64,000 bases of DNA from Asterias rubens. Its lineage: Eukaryota. Within the stretch, counting starts at the first letter, position 1. Each line of letters opens with the position of its first letter. A program made the translations under genes and the position numbers. The stretch lies in contig NC_047067.1 of NCBI RefSeq assembly GCF_902459465.1, positions 16,430,001 to 16,494,000 on the forward strand, in the 5' to 3' direction. Shown piece by piece: positions 62,824 through 64,000 of the stretch. The notes beneath the pieces were generated by a model that saw only the letters and a program-made list of their open reading frames with translations, was not told where the DNA came from and did no database searches.

Positions 62824-63290
62824 TTGGACCCCCTCAGTTAAATATTAAGCTCATTATGGCTAAAACAAAAGAAATGTTGTCCGAGCAATAACTTGAAAAG
62901 GACTTGGCGTGTCAACTCCAAACTTAGTTTTGGATTAATCATAAGATCCCCCTGAAGCATCTCGTTTTTGGACCCCCTCAGATAAATATTAAGCTTATTA
63001 TGGCTAAAACAAAAGAAATGTTGTCCGAGCAATAACTTGAAAAGGACTTGGCGTGTCAACTCCAAACTTGAGTTTTGGATTAATCATGAGATCCCCCTGA
63101 AGCATCTCGTTTTTTGGACCCCCTCAGTTAAATATTAAGCTTATTATGGCTAAAACAAAAGAAATGTTGTCTGAGCAATAACTAAAAAAGGACTTGGCAT
63201 ATCAACTCCAAACTTGGTTTTTGGATTAATCAGCGAATCCCCCAGGAGGACCCACTTAGTTAAATATTAAGCTCATTATGGCTAAAACAT
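62824..63290. repeat. ~145-bp tandem repeat, ~3.2 copies
   Basis: ttggaccccctcag at 62824, 62968 and 63114; partial copy at ~63250. Confidence 0.92.
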
Positions 63291-63294
63291 GCTA

Positions 63295-64000
63295 GCCACG
63301 AAGTCGTCCTCTTTTCTCTTAGCCACAGTTGGGTGAGGACTTAAGTACTTCTGTGTCCAACAGTTTACTGTTTTTTAAAACACCTTACTTTTATACCTGA
63401 GATCTGAAATAAAGACTGAGATTGAAGATAAAGAGTTGTCGCTTAGTTGAAGTGTTGAAGATAAAGATCGTTGATTAAATGAGTAGTTCAAGAAAATTTG
63501 GGAGGGCTCCGACTATCGGAACTGGGGGTACGTCCATTCCCCCGAGACAGTCGGTGCTCTTGGAGGGCTGCGCCGGTGACACTCCGTTGCCAGGCTGTGC
63601 CGGTGACACTCTGTCGCCGGGCTCGCAGCCCTTTAACCGGCCCCACCGGAACATTCCGAGCCCTCGGCGGCTGTCAATTGCCAAAACTGAATTGCGCCTT
63701 GTCCAGCGGGACATGACTCGGGTGCTGGGCCATCCCGCCGAGAAATCCCGCCGAGAAATCTGAGGATCCTCCTGCTGAAAGCCAATCATTCAAGCGAAGG
63801 ACAGGCCCGACTCCGAGGAATGGAAATAATTTTGCAGCTTTGCCACATGATCGTGTCTGCAGTGACCGTATCAAGAGCATTATGTTTGTGACAATTTGGG
63901 ATACTTGCTCCAAGTGGACGGAGACTTATTATCGATTCCCCGCGGAGGACTTCGATAGATATTTTTCAAACCCAGTTCTGCCGGACTCAGCGTCAGATAA
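63295..64000 (+). mobile_element. DIRS 5' region and gag remnant (subfamily of 58636), running off the window
   Basis: 63295-63620 homologous to 58748-59090; KTELRLVQRDM..DRVCSDR..YYRFPAEDFDRYFSNPVLPDSASD matches gag at 31290-31570. Confidence 0.85.

Overview
Eukaryotic genomic DNA from a marine invertebrate, probably an echinoderm (sea-star-like repeats; taxon is inference from recalled repeat families, not from a search). The only host gene I recognise is NSF (vesicle-fusing ATPase). Five short + strand coding exons (8112-8211, 10287-10326, 21065-21143, 48743-48830, 62568-62625; 365 nt; all GT-AG; phases chain) encode part of the N domain. The ORF track misses them, and the gene starts before and continues after the window. 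The introns are packed with transposons. Most striking is a cluster of DIRS-type tyrosine-recombinase retrotransposons, all clear copies sense to NSF: a nearly complete but mutated copy at ~30180-36342 (gag, RT with internal duplication, RNase H, Dam-like methyltransferase domain, YR, ICR, right ITR), a short internally deleted copy with both ITRs and the ICR (58636-60494), and three further remnants. Also present: two Academ-like non-autonomous elements with 3-bp TSDs, Helentron-type (HINE) elements including one carrying a 5S rRNA-derived segment, an RTE LINE interrupted by a solo LTR, L2 fragments, a tRNA-SINE, pogo-, hAT-, Kolobok- and Sola3-like MITEs, several minisatellites and a 1.9-kb tandem duplication. 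All alignments were done by eye; approximate boundaries are marked ~.
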